A stretch of 64,000 nucleotides of DNA, taken from assembly GCA_035285545.1 (NCBI GenBank), contig JAYKGY010000019.1, positions 111,849 to 175,848 of the forward strand, given 5' to 3'. Position numbers and translations under genes: made by a program. The stretch is from Snowella sp. (GTDB lineage Bacteria > Cyanobacteriota > Cyanobacteriia > Cyanobacteriales > Microcystaceae). The stretch's first letter is position 1, and every line of letters begins with the position of its first letter. The notes beneath the pieces are model-generated. The model saw only the letters and a list, made by a program, of their open reading frames with translations. It had not been told where the DNA came from and did not search any database. This document shows, piece after piece, positions 21,046 to 31,192 of the stretch.

Positions 21046-21606
21046 ATGGTACAAGCCCCGTTAAAACCATTAACATTAGCAGAATTTTTACAACTCCCAG
21101 AAACAACGCCTGCGAGTGAATACATTGATGGTCAAATTATCCAGAAACCCATGCGCCAAGGAAAACATAGTACCATTCAAGGAGAATTTGTTTCTGCCAT
21201 TAATGCAGTCGTTAAGCCTAAACAAATAGCCCGCGCTTTTCCTGAATTGCGTTGTACCTTCGGTGATCGCTCCATTGTTCCTGATATTGCCGTTTTTACT
21301 TGGAGTAACATCCCCCGCGATGAAAAGGTCGAAATTGCCAATTTATTTTTAGCTGCACCCAACTGGACAATTGAAATTTTATCCTCTGATCAAAGCCATA
21401 CCAAAGTTATCAGAAATATTTTGCACTGCTTAAAATACGGAACCCAAATGGGCTGGCTGATTGATCTCGATGAACAAGTCATTTTTGTCTATCGTCCGAA
21501 ACAAGAACCCGAAATTTTTGATCAACCTGATCAGCCTCTTCCTATGCCATCTTTTGTCAGTGACCTAGAACTTACCTTGCAAGATGTATTTGCTTGGTTG
21601 TTGTAG
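21046..21606 (+). CDS. Uma2 family endonuclease
   Basis: EYIDG, HSTIQ, ELRC, VPDIA, PNWTIEILS and GWLID motifs. Confidence 0.92.
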   Translation: MVQAPLKPLTLAEFLQLPETTPASEYIDGQIIQKPMRQGKHSTIQGEFVSAINAVVKPKQIARAFPELRCTFGDRSIVPDIAVFTWSNIPRDEKVEIANLFLAAPNWTIEILSSDQSHTKVIRNILHCLKYGTQMGWLIDLDEQVIFVYRPKQEPEIFDQPDQPLPMPSFVSDLELTLQDVFAWLL

Positions 21607-21821
21607 AAAACTTGATAACGCGATCGCCTATGGGAAAACTTGAGATTTGATAACGCAAAAGGAAGATTTACTATGGCTATATCGATAGGTACAAGTAACA
21701 AGTTCCGCGAGGGTATCAAACTTTAATTAATACTGTATTTTTGGTCTATTTAATTAAAAGATCTGATGCCTTGTTTTGAAATTGCTGATAAACTTGATTG
21801 ATTTGAGCCATAAAATATATA

Positions 21822-22028
21822 TTAATTTGCCTTTTCCTGCATTCTCTGTTTAGTAACCGCGTAAATTTTTGCATCAAAATCAGGATCATCGACCGTTGTA
21901 ATTACCTGATGAGGGCGATCGCTGATTCGATTGAGATAAGCTTGTAGAGCTAATTTATCCTCACGATGCTGAAGAAAATAGTATTTTAACTCTTCATCCG
22001 ACATTGCCAAATAGTTAACGGTATCCAT
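21822..22028 (-). CDS. Small cyanobacterial protein (DUF6887-like)
   Basis: NYLAMSDEELKYYFLQHRED pattern; start overlaps the upstream stop codon. Confidence 0.65.
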   Translation of the reverse strand: MDTVNYLAMSDEELKYYFLQHREDKLALQAYLNRISDRPHQVITTVDDPDFDAKIYAVTKQRMQEKAN

Positions 22029-22204
22029 CAGAATACTTCTCCTTTTGGTGAAATTTGAAATTCAAGATTTTCTGTTGTTCCTGCCAATATATATATATTC
22101 TTTGTGCGATCATCAATACAAACTAGATGAATCGGTTGGTACATAATATAAGTTAAATAATAGGTAAGACGGTATAAACCTCTCAATTGGACATTAGTTG
22201 GCAT
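22028..22204 (-). CDS. Small cyanobacterial protein (DUF6888-like)
   Basis: MPTxxQL...YQPIHLVCIDDRTKNIYILAG pattern; paired with the DUF6887-like gene. Confidence 0.65.
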   Translation of the reverse strand: MPTNVQLRGLYRLTYYLTYIMYQPIHLVCIDDRTKNIYILAGTTENLEFQISPKGEVF

Positions 22205-22238
22205 TCGAGACACTCCCTCAACACTTTTTTATTTTACA

Positions 22239-23780
22239 TCATCGTCTTAAGTTTGATTGAAATCGCATATAAAGCTGAATAATCTGATGGGTAACTTCCG
22301 TAATACTTAACCCATCGGTGATAATTTCAATCGCATCAATGGCTTTTTTGAGGGGCGCGATCGCGCGGGTACTGTCCTGTTGATCGCGGCTGGCAATTTC
22401 TTTTTCTAAGTCTTCTAAACGAATTTGGGTTTGACCCTGGGCTTGAAAATCTGCTAAACGTCGTCTGGCCCGTTCCTGCACCGATGCAGTGAGAAAAATC
22501 TTTAATTCCGCATCAGGAAAGACTGCCGTGCCAATATCCCGTCCTTCTGCCACTAGTCCCCCTGTTTTGCCGTAGGATTGTTGAGCCTTTAATAACACGG
22601 CTCGCACTGTTTTTTGGGCCGCGATCGCCGAAACGAGGGAAGTCACTTCAGGGGTACGAATGGCTTCGGTAACGTCCTGCCCGTTGATTTTAACTAAGGT
22701 CGGTTGGGGATAGGCTTGGGACACTAATTCTAAACTCGCTTGACTCACTAACTCGGCAATGCCCGCTTCATCGGTAAGGGGTAAATCCGATTGACGCACT
22801 AACCAAGCTAACGCCCGATACATCGCTCCTGTGTCGAGATAGAGTAAATTTAATTCTTTAGCGACTAAACGGGTGACGGTGGATTTTCCGGCTCCGGCTG
22901 GCCCATCGATCGCGATGATCGGTTTACGGTTACGCAATAAAATATTATCAATTAAGCGCGTTGACCCCACATAGGCCGCGATCGCGAGTAATCCTGTTTC
23001 AGTGACTTCCGTTAAAGGGGTTAGGGTCTGGGGGTGAACCAGTTCGATGTATTGAACCCGGACTTCTGGCGTTAGGGCTAATTGCTGTTGAACCTGATTT
23101 ATCAACCCTTCAGCCTGTTTTTCCCCTTGAATAAACGCTTTTTGGGCTACTTGTAAACTACGGGATAGGACAAGGGCTAATTCCTTTTCAGGGTCACTTA
23201 AATATTGGTTACGGGAACTGAGAGCTAAACCCGATTCCTCTCGTTGGGTCGGACAAGCCTTAATCTCAATGGGAAAGTTTAAATCCGCCACTAAGCGACG
23301 AATGATGGCCAACTGTTGGGCATCTTTTTCCCCAAAATAGGCCGTTTCGGGTTGCACAATGTTAAATAATTTGGTCACGATGGTAGCAACACCAGCAAAA
23401 TGGCCAGGCCGAAATTTTCCACACAAATTCTGCGTTAATTCATCGGGCGGAATCACCAGCGTTTGGGCCGATTCTTGACCCTGAATTCCCAAGGCTTCGG
23501 GAGTCGGGGCAAAAATGACATCCACTCCTATTGCTTCACATTGTTGGCGATCGCTATCTAAGGTACGGGGATATTGGTCCAAATCTTCTTGGGGGGCAAA
23601 CTGCAACGGATTCACAAAAATACTGACAACTACCACCTCATTCGCTAACTTGGCTTGTTGAATCAAACTCAGATGCCCTGGATGTAAGGCTCCCATTGTT
23701 GGCACCAACCCCACCCGTTTTCCCTGGCGTACTCGGCTTAAATAGGTTTGTAGTCCCGCAATGGAGTGAAATAGACGCAC
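22239..23780 (-). CDS. panC-cmk: Bifunctional pantoate-beta-alanine ligase / cytidylate kinase
   Basis: PTMGALHPGH, RPGHF, GEKD, RLIDN followed by IAIDGPAGAGKST, LDTGAMYR and EGRDIG. Confidence 0.97.
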   Translation of the reverse strand: MRLFHSIAGLQTYLSRVRQGKRVGLVPTMGALHPGHLSLIQQAKLANEVVVVSIFVNPLQFAPQEDLDQYPRTLDSDRQQCEAIGVDVIFAPTPEALGIQGQESAQTLVIPPDELTQNLCGKFRPGHFAGVATIVTKLFNIVQPETAYFGEKDAQQLAIIRRLVADLNFPIEIKACPTQREESGLALSSRNQYLSDPEKELALVLSRSLQVAQKAFIQGEKQAEGLINQVQQQLALTPEVRVQYIELVHPQTLTPLTEVTETGLLAIAAYVGSTRLIDNILLRNRKPIIAIDGPAGAGKSTVTRLVAKELNLLYLDTGAMYRALAWLVRQSDLPLTDEAGIAELVSQASLELVSQAYPQPTLVKINGQDVTEAIRTPEVTSLVSAIAAQKTVRAVLLKAQQSYGKTGGLVAEGRDIGTAVFPDAELKIFLTASVQERARRRLADFQAQGQTQIRLEDLEKEIASRDQQDSTRAIAPLKKAIDAIEIITDGLSITEVTHQIIQLYMRFQSNLRR

Positions 23781-23906
23781 AGTATTCTCCCGTTAATTTT
23801 GCTTTGTCCATCTTAATTCTTTCGGGTTTGACTCTAACGGTTAATTTTGAGTTTGATCGCTGCTGTGCGGTATGACTATTAAAGAATCGGTTTCGCGTTA
23901 CCTACC

Positions 23907-24689
23907 ATGAAAGAACCACTCATCGAACTAAAGGGAATCCGTAAAGCCTTTGGAGATCAAGTCATTTTAGATGGGGTTGATCTGACGATTTATAAGGGAG
24001 AAGCTTTGGTTATTATTGGCCCATCAGGCACAGGAAAGTCAACTATTTTACGCATTATTGCCGGATTATTACCACCGGATGCTGGTGAGGTTGAAATTAA
24101 GGGCAAAATCCGTTCAGGACTCATCGAAGATGGCGAGAATCCCATGCGGATCGCTTTAGTGTTTCAGCAATCTGCCCTGTTTGATTCCCTAACGGTCGAA
24201 GAAAATGTCGGCTTCTTTCTGTATGAACATTCCCAGTTATCTCCTACGGTGATCCGTGAATTGGTCGCGGAAAAGTTAACGATGGTCGGCCTGCCAGCAA
24301 TCGGCGATCGCTATCCCTCCCAACTCTCTGGTGGAATGCGAAAACGAGTGAGTTTTGCCCGTGCCATTATGTCCAATCCCGAAAATCCCCAAGATGATCC
24401 CGAAATGATTCTCTACGATGAGCCGACGGCTGGCCTCGATCCCGTTGCTTCAACCGTGATTGAAAACTTAGTCCGTCATCTGCAAACAACGCCAGGCGGT
24501 TGTGATACCTACATTATGGTGACGCATCAAGAAAGCACCATTCGTCGCACAGCGGATCGGGTGGTTTTGTTATATGAGGGAAAAGTGCAGTGGCAGGGGA
24601 AGGTTGAAGAGATTGATACCACCGATAATGAGATGATCAGACAATTTTTTAGTGCTAGTGTACAAGGGCCCATCCGTGTCATTGATTAG
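23907..24689 (+). CDS. ABC transporter ATP-binding protein (MlaF/TGD3-like)
   Basis: GPSGTGKS, FQQSALFDSL, LSGGMRKRV and YDEPTAGLDP motifs. Confidence 0.88.
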   Translation: MKEPLIELKGIRKAFGDQVILDGVDLTIYKGEALVIIGPSGTGKSTILRIIAGLLPPDAGEVEIKGKIRSGLIEDGENPMRIALVFQQSALFDSLTVEENVGFFLYEHSQLSPTVIRELVAEKLTMVGLPAIGDRYPSQLSGGMRKRVSFARAIMSNPENPQDDPEMILYDEPTAGLDPVASTVIENLVRHLQTTPGGCDTYIMVTHQESTIRRTADRVVLLYEGKVQWQGKVEEIDTTDNEMIRQFFSASVQGPIRVID

Positions 24690-24701
24690 GGTAGATTAAC
24701 T

Positions 24702-25151
24702 ATGATTTTTGAACAAATGATTGAAATCAAAGCCAGTGCCACTACCGTAGAACGATGTATTACGGATTTAGAATTGATGCACCGTTGGCTCAATCCTCTG
24801 TTGCGTTGTCAACCTATCGGAACCTGGTGCACGGAGGTAGGCGGAAAAAGTCGTTTTATCATTAATATTCCCGTTTTAAAGCCTACGTTGTACAGCACAG
24901 TGATGCAACGGGAACCCGGCTTAATTATTTGGGGATTTGAAGGTTTTTTTAAAGGACGCGATCGCTGGGAATGCCAACCCACCGAAAATGGAACCATGCT
25001 GGTAAATCGCTTTGAATTTGAAATTCCGAATCCGCTGGTGAGTTGGGGGTTTGAAATATTTTCTGCTCAATGGACAAGTCGGGATATGCAAGCGCAGTTA
25101 CGCCGATTAAAGCGAGTAGCCGAAGAAATTTATCGCAAAGAATGGCTATAA
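24702..25151 (+). CDS. SRPBCC family protein
   Basis: Size and pattern (I.I.A....V......D......W.P; W.F.GFF.G.D.W). Confidence 0.7.
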   Translation: MIFEQMIEIKASATTVERCITDLELMHRWLNPLLRCQPIGTWCTEVGGKSRFIINIPVLKPTLYSTVMQREPGLIIWGFEGFFKGRDRWECQPTENGTMLVNRFEFEIPNPLVSWGFEIFSAQWTSRDMQAQLRRLKRVAEEIYRKEWL

Positions 25152-25216
25152 ACATAGCTTTTGAACTGAGTGTTTGACCTGAGTAAGACCATCTTCTGCT
25201 ATCCTAGTAAAGGTGT

Positions 25217-25288
25217 GCTGGTGTAGCTCAGTGGTAGAGCAGCTGATTTGTAATCAGCCGGTCGCAGGTTCAAATCCCGTCACCAGCT
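25217..25288 (+). tRNA. tRNA-Thr (anticodon TGT)
   Basis: Acceptor stem GCTGGTG/CACCAGC; D arm TAGCTCAGTGGTAGAGC; anticodon arm GCTGA-TTTGTAA-TCAGC; T loop GGTTCAAATCC; no encoded CCA. Confidence 0.96.
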
Positions 25289-25385
25289 TTTTTAACCGCG
25301 ATCGCGCCTTTTCTAAAAAATTCTCAACGGGATTCAGTGCTTTCGGCTAAGATGGAAAGGGAATGCCTCTGCGTGACCCTGAATT

Positions 25386-26744
25386 ATGCCCCTGCCTATC
25401 GTTGCCATTATTGGCCGCCCCAACGTTGGAAAATCGACCTTTGTTAATCGTCTTGCCGGTAACCAACAGGCGATCGTTCATGATGAACCCGGAATTACTC
25501 GCGATCGCACCTATCAGCCCTCATTTTGGCAAGATAGGGAATTTCAAGTCGTCGATACGGGCGGGATCGTCTTTGATGACGACAGCGAATTTCTTCCCCT
25601 CATCCGCGAACAAGCCATGTTGGCTTTAAGTGAAGCGAGCGCAGCAATTTTTGTGGTAGATGGACAAGCCGGCCCCACCCCAAGCGATTTAGAGATTGCC
25701 CAATGGTTACGACAGCAAAAAGTTCCGGTTCTCCTCGCGGTCAATAAATGCGAATCTCCCGAACAAGGCATCATTCAGGCAGCACAATTTTGGGAACTCG
25801 GCTTGGGAGAACCCTACCCCATCTCAGCAATTCACGGCAACGGCACAGGAGAATTGCTCGACGAGTTAATTACCCATTTGCCCACGGTTGATCCGAATGC
25901 GGAACCCGATGAAATCAAAGTTGCCATTATTGGTCGTCCCAATGTTGGAAAATCCAGCTTACTTAATGCCTTAACCGGAGAAAATCGCGCGATCGTTAGC
26001 CCCGTTTCTGGAACCACCAGAGATACCATTGATATGGTCGTAGAACGCGGCGAAACCCGCTATCGTTTAATTGACACCGCAGGCATTCGGCGCAAGAAAA
26101 ACGTGGAATACGGAGCCGAATTTTTTAGTATTAATCGGTCATTTAAAGCGATCCGTCGAGCAGATGTCATTCTTTTTGTTCTCGATGTTTTAGACGGTGT
26201 TACTGAGCAGGACTTGAAACTGGCAGGGCGCATTATGGAAGAAGGCAGAGCCGTTATTCTGATCGTCAATAAATGGGATGCGGTGGAAAAAGATGCCTTT
26301 ACTATTTATGAGTATCAAAAAAATTTAATGTCGCGTCTTTACTTCATGGAATGGGCAGATATGATCTTTGTCAGCGCGATGACAGGACAACGGGTACAGA
26401 ATATTTTGGATGCAGTGGATCAAGCCTACAGTGAATATCGCCGCCGAGTGAGTACGGCAGTGATTAATGAAGTATTAGAAGAGGCCGTTTCTTGGCATTC
26501 TCCCCCCACGAGTCGCCAAGGAAAACAAGGCAAAATTTACTACGGCACCCAGGTTTCAACAGAGCCACCCACGATCACCTTGTTTGTGAATGACCCTAAA
26601 CGGTTTAACGATAACTATAAGCGTTATATTGAAAGCCAATTTCGTAAACAACTTGGTTTTAAAGGCACGCCGATCCGTTTATTTTGGCGGGGCAAGAAAG
26701 TCCGAGAAAACGAGCCTGGCCCCAATCGCGCTGCGAAAGTTTAG
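25386..26744 (+). CDS. der: Ribosome biogenesis GTPase Der (EngA)
   Basis: Two GRPNVGKS P-loops, two GxTRD motifs, NKxD/E motifs and a KH-like C-terminus. Confidence 0.98.
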   Translation: MPLPIVAIIGRPNVGKSTFVNRLAGNQQAIVHDEPGITRDRTYQPSFWQDREFQVVDTGGIVFDDDSEFLPLIREQAMLALSEASAAIFVVDGQAGPTPSDLEIAQWLRQQKVPVLLAVNKCESPEQGIIQAAQFWELGLGEPYPISAIHGNGTGELLDELITHLPTVDPNAEPDEIKVAIIGRPNVGKSSLLNALTGENRAIVSPVSGTTRDTIDMVVERGETRYRLIDTAGIRRKKNVEYGAEFFSINRSFKAIRRADVILFVLDVLDGVTEQDLKLAGRIMEEGRAVILIVNKWDAVEKDAFTIYEYQKNLMSRLYFMEWADMIFVSAMTGQRVQNILDAVDQAYSEYRRRVSTAVINEVLEEAVSWHSPPTSRQGKQGKIYYGTQVSTEPPTITLFVNDPKRFNDNYKRYIESQFRKQLGFKGTPIRLFWRGKKVRENEPGPNRAAKV

Positions 26745-26755
26745 ATTAATCGACG

Positions 26756-26869
26756 TTAAACCACAGGGGCAGTGGTTAAGGCAAACCAAAGTAGCAGAAC
26801 AATCGCTAAAATAATGAATTTGGCAAGTAAATAGCTGATGGAATAGGGCGTAAGAAAGGGACTTAACAT
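26756..26869 (-). CDS. Putative 37-aa single-TM small protein
   Basis: MLSPFLTPYSISYLLAKFIILAIVLLLWFALTTAPVV; GAGGAG Shine-Dalgarno 3 nt before the ATG. Confidence 0.5.
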   Translation of the reverse strand: MLSPFLTPYSISYLLAKFIILAIVLLLWFALTTAPVV

Positions 26870-27000
26870 AATCTCCTCAAGGACGGCAGTGATTGATGTT
26901 CTGATTCCTCTATTTCTATTTTCGCTCTGCTTTCCCTATTTCATTGCAATAATTACAACTCCGTAACATCGTTGCATAGATTCATATTTTTTTGGAAAGT

Positions 27001-27110
27001 TGAAGTGGATCCCCGAAACTAGACAGGAAAAAGAAGAATGGTAAGCTCGAAGCAAGAAATCCAAGAAGAAAGATGAGTCCCCGAAAAAACAGTACAGTGC
27101 CCAGTTCAAA
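27001..27110 (+). mobile_element. Left-end remnant of an IS3-family element
   Basis: Starts TGAAGTGGATCCCCGAAACTAGACA (TG-initiated IR-like end); then codons for KQYSAQFK, like an IS3 OrfA N-terminus; cut off by the next element. Confidence 0.55.
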
Positions 27111-27516
27111 CCCACATTCCGCTATTTGAAGAGGGGTAAAAAGAATTAAGAATCAGGAAGAGGAAGGAGATCGTATCGGCGACAAGCATTGCTAAAGAAG
27201 CGCAAAATATGTTGTCGCTCATCAGTTAAGTTAACGATTTGGGTAACACCCTGAACAACAACGAAATGAACAGCCATAAAACACTGAAAGACCCAGCGAA
27301 GAGTCGGAGAAGAAGTGGGTTTACCTAATTGGTTAGGAATCGTCTCTGCTTGTTGCGCTAAAGCCTGCCTCAGTTGTCTCTGTCCCAGATTGTAAACCAG
27401 TAAACACAATGCCATGATTAATCCCAAAGCAGCAATCCGCTTGGGCGACTTGAGAAAAACACTGGAAGTGAAAAACATCGGGTCTTTATCCCACTCTTCA
27501 AACAGCGGAATGTGGG
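27111..27516 (-). mobile_element. Internally deleted IS1634-family element (406 bp, MITE-like)
   Basis: Terminal IRs CCCACATTCCGCT(A/G)TTTGAAGAG (23 bp, 1 mismatch); interior holds only the transposase C-terminus KDPMFFTSSVFLKSPKRIAALGLIMALCLLVY...PTLRWVFQ (ORF 27146-27478). Confidence 0.85.
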
Positions 27517-27643
27517 CTGTAACCTATTTGGCTGAACGGGCTAAGTTATTTGGCTTGGTTAAAGCCGAGCGTAAGCGACATCGAGAGAAAGCCACTCTCC
27601 ATCAGCAAATTTGGGCATCCATTGCTTTAAGTTGACACCAATG
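27517..27643 (+). mobile_element. Right-end remnant of a probable IS4-family element
   Basis: Transposase-like C-terminus YLAERAKLFGLVKAERKR, ending in TTAAGTTGACACCAATG (reverse complement CATTGGTGTCAACTTAA, a cyanobacterial IS4-type end as I recall it). Confidence 0.55.
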
Positions 27644-27728
27644 AATAGTATTATGTCCTTAGTGGTAAAATTTATTTTGCTTTTAATGAAGTTGACTTAC
27701 TTACCAGCAGATTTTTAAAAGCAAGAGT

Positions 27729-29714
27729 TTAACTTAAAAGCCGATAACGCAGACTGAGTAACTGTAACCACAGACTAGGATAGTTACTTTCTAACCAGGG
27801 TTGGGCTTTTTCGAGAAATTGACTGTACCAAGGTTTTATTAATAATTTTTGGAAAGCATTAGCCGTAAATTCGCCGTAAACACCAACCCAGCGTAGGAGA
27901 TCTTGTGTACCTGCCATTTCCCAAATCCAGAGTAACAGCGCAGGATTTTTACGAGCCGCAATTAGGGCTAATCGGGTAAACATCGACCAGGTGGTTCGGT
28001 CTTTAATAAAGGTTTCAGCCACATTCGGCGGTGAATCAGCCAATAGCCCGAAAAAGGTATTGAGCATGGAATTAACCCGCTCAGGGGGCAAGATTTTACC
28101 CGTCGGAACCATCATTCCTTTTGAAAATAGCCAGGTAACGGCAATGTTGCTTTGATAGGCTCGAATTTGGTTTAAGTCCTCTCCTTTTAATAAATCGTGT
28201 TTTAAAGCCGTATTGAGTAAATCCGTTAAACGCCCTAAGTTACGCACCAAAGAGCCAAAGCCGGTGAAGACTAAGGGAGATTGTAATGAGGCAGCATCCC
28301 CAATGGCTAATAATCGATCAAAGGCGACACGGCGATCGCTTTGACTGGCGCTGAAGTGGCCAGGGATGTAGCCAAAGGTGGCTTTTTTCCAAGTCAGTTT
28401 TTCCAGATCACAGCGACGATATTCGGGCAAAATGGTGAAGAAATCTTCGTACATTTCCAATAATGAGCCTGGATTATCGGGATGAACCTGATGGTAATGG
28501 AACAGATAAAACGTTAATTCATCGCCTGCACCTGGAAATAATTCCCAAATTAACTGCCGTCCCCGTGAAATATCGCCATGAGAATTTAGCACATCGCCGT
28601 AGGTGGCATCCCATACATCCGACCCCATGCCTTCAATGACTGCCCCCACCGTTGGACAGACGCTATCGAAAGTATTTGAACCATTTAACTGCCAAGCAAT
28701 TGGAGAAGCCGTTCCCATCGCATCAATCAGTAATCGCCCTTGAGCTTGTTTTTGAGTTTGGCTGGGTAAATGGACTAGCTGGAGGGTTACTTTTTGTGGG
28801 TCTAAATCGGCGCGAATAAATTCGGTTTCATCCCAAATTTCGCCTCCTGCTTGCCGGAGTTTTTCACCGCACAGTTGCAACAGTTTGGCAGAGTCTAGGG
28901 CAATATTTAAGACCGTTGGGGTATGTAAAACGGCAGCTTTTAGATGGGGCGGATTGTTACCGTCAAAGAATTTATTAAATCCATCTTGATATTCCCTCGC
29001 AATGATTCCTTCAAATTCTTCTGCCGTAAATAGACCTAATTCAATTAATCGTTGAAATTCCGAGCGAGAAATATTCCATTCCCGATTCATTCGCCCAAAG
29101 GGTAAGCGTTCAATCAATAGCACTCGATAACCTAGCTGGGCCATAACAGCCGCATGAATCGCCCCTAGTGCACCGCCAATATAAATTAAATCGTAGCGTT
29201 CCCCTAGATCTTCTTTGATTTCCGTTGCTTCAAAGAAAACTTGTTTGGGCGTTTGGGGATTGCGGGCACTGTCTCGCCAACGTTTTTCCCACCAATAAAC
29301 CCGTTGAAGGTCGTATTCCCCTTGGGGCATTTTTTGAAAAAAATGAACGGTTTGGGGGTAATAGGGTTCTAGGGCTTCAAAAATGGATTGGTTACTTAAA
29401 TCAATTTCAGGCGGAGCGGGATAGACAGAGGGAAATTGGGCCCGAATATCCGTCACCAATTGTTGAATAATGGCAGATTCTTGAGTAAAAGCTTGTTCTC
29501 CCCAACGAAAAATTTTTAAATAAGTCGTCCGTTGAACTGACCAAATGAAGAGAGAAAGTTCAGTGGTATTACTTTTGTTAAGTTTGTTAACTAATCTGAG
29601 TCCGTCGGGAGTTAGATTTTTTTCGCCGGTGACAGGTTGCCAGGTATGCTGTAGCCATGTCCGTACCGCGTCAATATCAGGGGTTGGGACTTCGATGTAT
29701 AGGATTTCACGCAT
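27729..29714 (-). CDS. cruA: FAD-dependent oxidoreductase, probable lycopene cyclase CruA
   Basis: YIGGALG, REWNISR, DAMG and IGDAASLQSPLVFTGFG motifs; ~660 aa with an N-terminal extension fits CruA better than the shorter CruP. Confidence 0.7.
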   Translation of the reverse strand: MREILYIEVPTPDIDAVRTWLQHTWQPVTGEKNLTPDGLRLVNKLNKSNTTELSLFIWSVQRTTYLKIFRWGEQAFTQESAIIQQLVTDIRAQFPSVYPAPPEIDLSNQSIFEALEPYYPQTVHFFQKMPQGEYDLQRVYWWEKRWRDSARNPQTPKQVFFEATEIKEDLGERYDLIYIGGALGAIHAAVMAQLGYRVLLIERLPFGRMNREWNISRSEFQRLIELGLFTAEEFEGIIAREYQDGFNKFFDGNNPPHLKAAVLHTPTVLNIALDSAKLLQLCGEKLRQAGGEIWDETEFIRADLDPQKVTLQLVHLPSQTQKQAQGRLLIDAMGTASPIAWQLNGSNTFDSVCPTVGAVIEGMGSDVWDATYGDVLNSHGDISRGRQLIWELFPGAGDELTFYLFHYHQVHPDNPGSLLEMYEDFFTILPEYRRCDLEKLTWKKATFGYIPGHFSASQSDRRVAFDRLLAIGDAASLQSPLVFTGFGSLVRNLGRLTDLLNTALKHDLLKGEDLNQIRAYQSNIAVTWLFSKGMMVPTGKILPPERVNSMLNTFFGLLADSPPNVAETFIKDRTTWSMFTRLALIAARKNPALLLWIWEMAGTQDLLRWVGVYGEFTANAFQKLLIKPWYSQFLEKAQPWLESNYPSLWLQLLSLRYRLLS

Positions 29715-29872
29715 CTGAATCATTGGCACTTTACGGGAATTACGAAAATTTGCTGTCACAATCGGCTAAAAAATGGGTTAAACTTCCGTTAAATAATTGG
29801 CGATCGCTATGACGATTCAGTCACGTTAACCGCTATGATCCATTATCTAAGTTTCTGCCACCCTTGAGCCTT

Positions 29873-30115
29873 ATGCATTATCCCATTCCTGCCAGCCCTG
29901 AAGAAATTATCGCTCTCCGTAATCGTCCCGTTGATGAAGAGTTGATTGCGTTGGCGATCGCAGGAATCGTGCGACTGGCTCGGTTGCGGGGTCAATCTTT
30001 GGATGATTTAACGGCGGAAGTTTTAGCAGAAGATCCGGTTTTGGATGTGGTGCAACGCAATTGGCTCAGTAAAATGGTGGCTCAGGCCTGGAGTGCTTTA
30101 CCTTATACCAAGTAA
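29873..30115 (+). CDS. Small conserved cyanobacterial hypothetical protein
   Basis: Protein-like ORF (VDEELIALAIAGIVRLAR..GQSLDDL..EVLAED) filling the gap between genes. Confidence 0.7.
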   Translation: MHYPIPASPEEIIALRNRPVDEELIALAIAGIVRLARLRGQSLDDLTAEVLAEDPVLDVVQRNWLSKMVAQAWSALPYTK

Positions 30116-30179
30116 TTTAACCCGCGATCGCGCTCATTACCTAACAGTCGCGTGGGATGCTTCCTCAATATTTGCCTCT

Positions 30180-31091
30180 TTAAACAGAATCTTCAAACCA
30201 CTGTTCAACGCCAAAACCCAAAGCTCGATTGGGATTATGAAGTTCTTGGGCTAATTTTAATACGGCTTGTCGTCCGATTCGGGTTTCAAAAACTGAAGAA
30301 AAAACCACATCAATCGGATGCGTTTGAATCCAATTTTGTAATTTTGTTGGAGATCCCATAATCGCCGCTTTAATCACATAAATTCCTCGCCATCCCTGTT
30401 CATAACATTGTTGCAACTGTGGCAAACTACTCACCGACTCATCCAGCGCGATCGCGGTTTTAAATTCTTCCGTCAATCTGAATAAATCAAAAAAACGCTC
30501 AGGGGGTAAGGGTTGTTCAATAAATTCTATTTTCCCGACTTCATCGGCAAGAGATAACCAGCGTTTAGCCTCATCGAAGCTTAATCCGCCGTTTGCATCT
30601 AAGCGTAATTGGGCATTCTCAGGTAATTGGCTCACTAATTGCTTAAAAACAGAACTTTCAATCTTAAAATCTTGAACACCAATTTTCCATTTGTAGGTTT
30701 TATAGCCGCGATCGCGTTGTTGATTGATGACTTCTACAGCCTTTTTTCCCGTTGGCAATAAATAGCTATAGGATTGAGGCGATAAAGGAGATATTTCGCC
30801 CAAAAAGAAGGCCGATTCAAAACCAAATTGGCAGGCAGGTAAAGAATCAGGAATTGTAGTAATAATGGGGAGATCAACTATTGACCCTAAAGATTGACAA
30901 AAATCTAAGGCTTGCGCTAAATTTTCCGAGCCAAAATCGGCTAAAGGCGCAATTTCTCCTAAATAAAGCTGATTATCAGAATTCCGCAATTGTATAATAA
31001 TCCCTTCCCGAACTGACCAGATCCCATGATGGGTTTGGAGGGGAACTTTAAACGGTCTGCGGTAGGGAGAAAACTGGAATTGATAGCGCAT
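30180..31091 (-). CDS. menC: o-succinylbenzoate synthase
   Basis: KWKIG, LRLDANGG, FIEQP, IALDES and SSVFET enolase-superfamily motifs. Confidence 0.92.
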   Translation of the reverse strand: MRYQFQFSPYRRPFKVPLQTHHGIWSVREGIIIQLRNSDNQLYLGEIAPLADFGSENLAQALDFCQSLGSIVDLPIITTIPDSLPACQFGFESAFFLGEISPLSPQSYSYLLPTGKKAVEVINQQRDRGYKTYKWKIGVQDFKIESSVFKQLVSQLPENAQLRLDANGGLSFDEAKRWLSLADEVGKIEFIEQPLPPERFFDLFRLTEEFKTAIALDESVSSLPQLQQCYEQGWRGIYVIKAAIMGSPTKLQNWIQTHPIDVVFSSVFETRIGRQAVLKLAQELHNPNRALGFGVEQWFEDSV

Positions 31092-31192
31092 TTCTCAAAT
31101 TTTACGCGATCGCCAATTTATTTGAGCAAAATAAAACAAACCCCTCCCACAACAGAGAAGGGTTAGTCGAACAAAACGAGAATTTGTAGCTA

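Noticed and set aside
22239..23780. panC-cmk fusion as novel
   Set aside because: A well-known cyanobacterial fusion
25217..25390. tRNA-Thr as an integration site
   Set aside because: Followed directly by der; no integrase or duplicated tRNA 3' end seen
27414..27635. 73-aa ORF as a real gene
   Set aside because: Chimeric frame running through the IS1634 inverted repeat into another transposase tail
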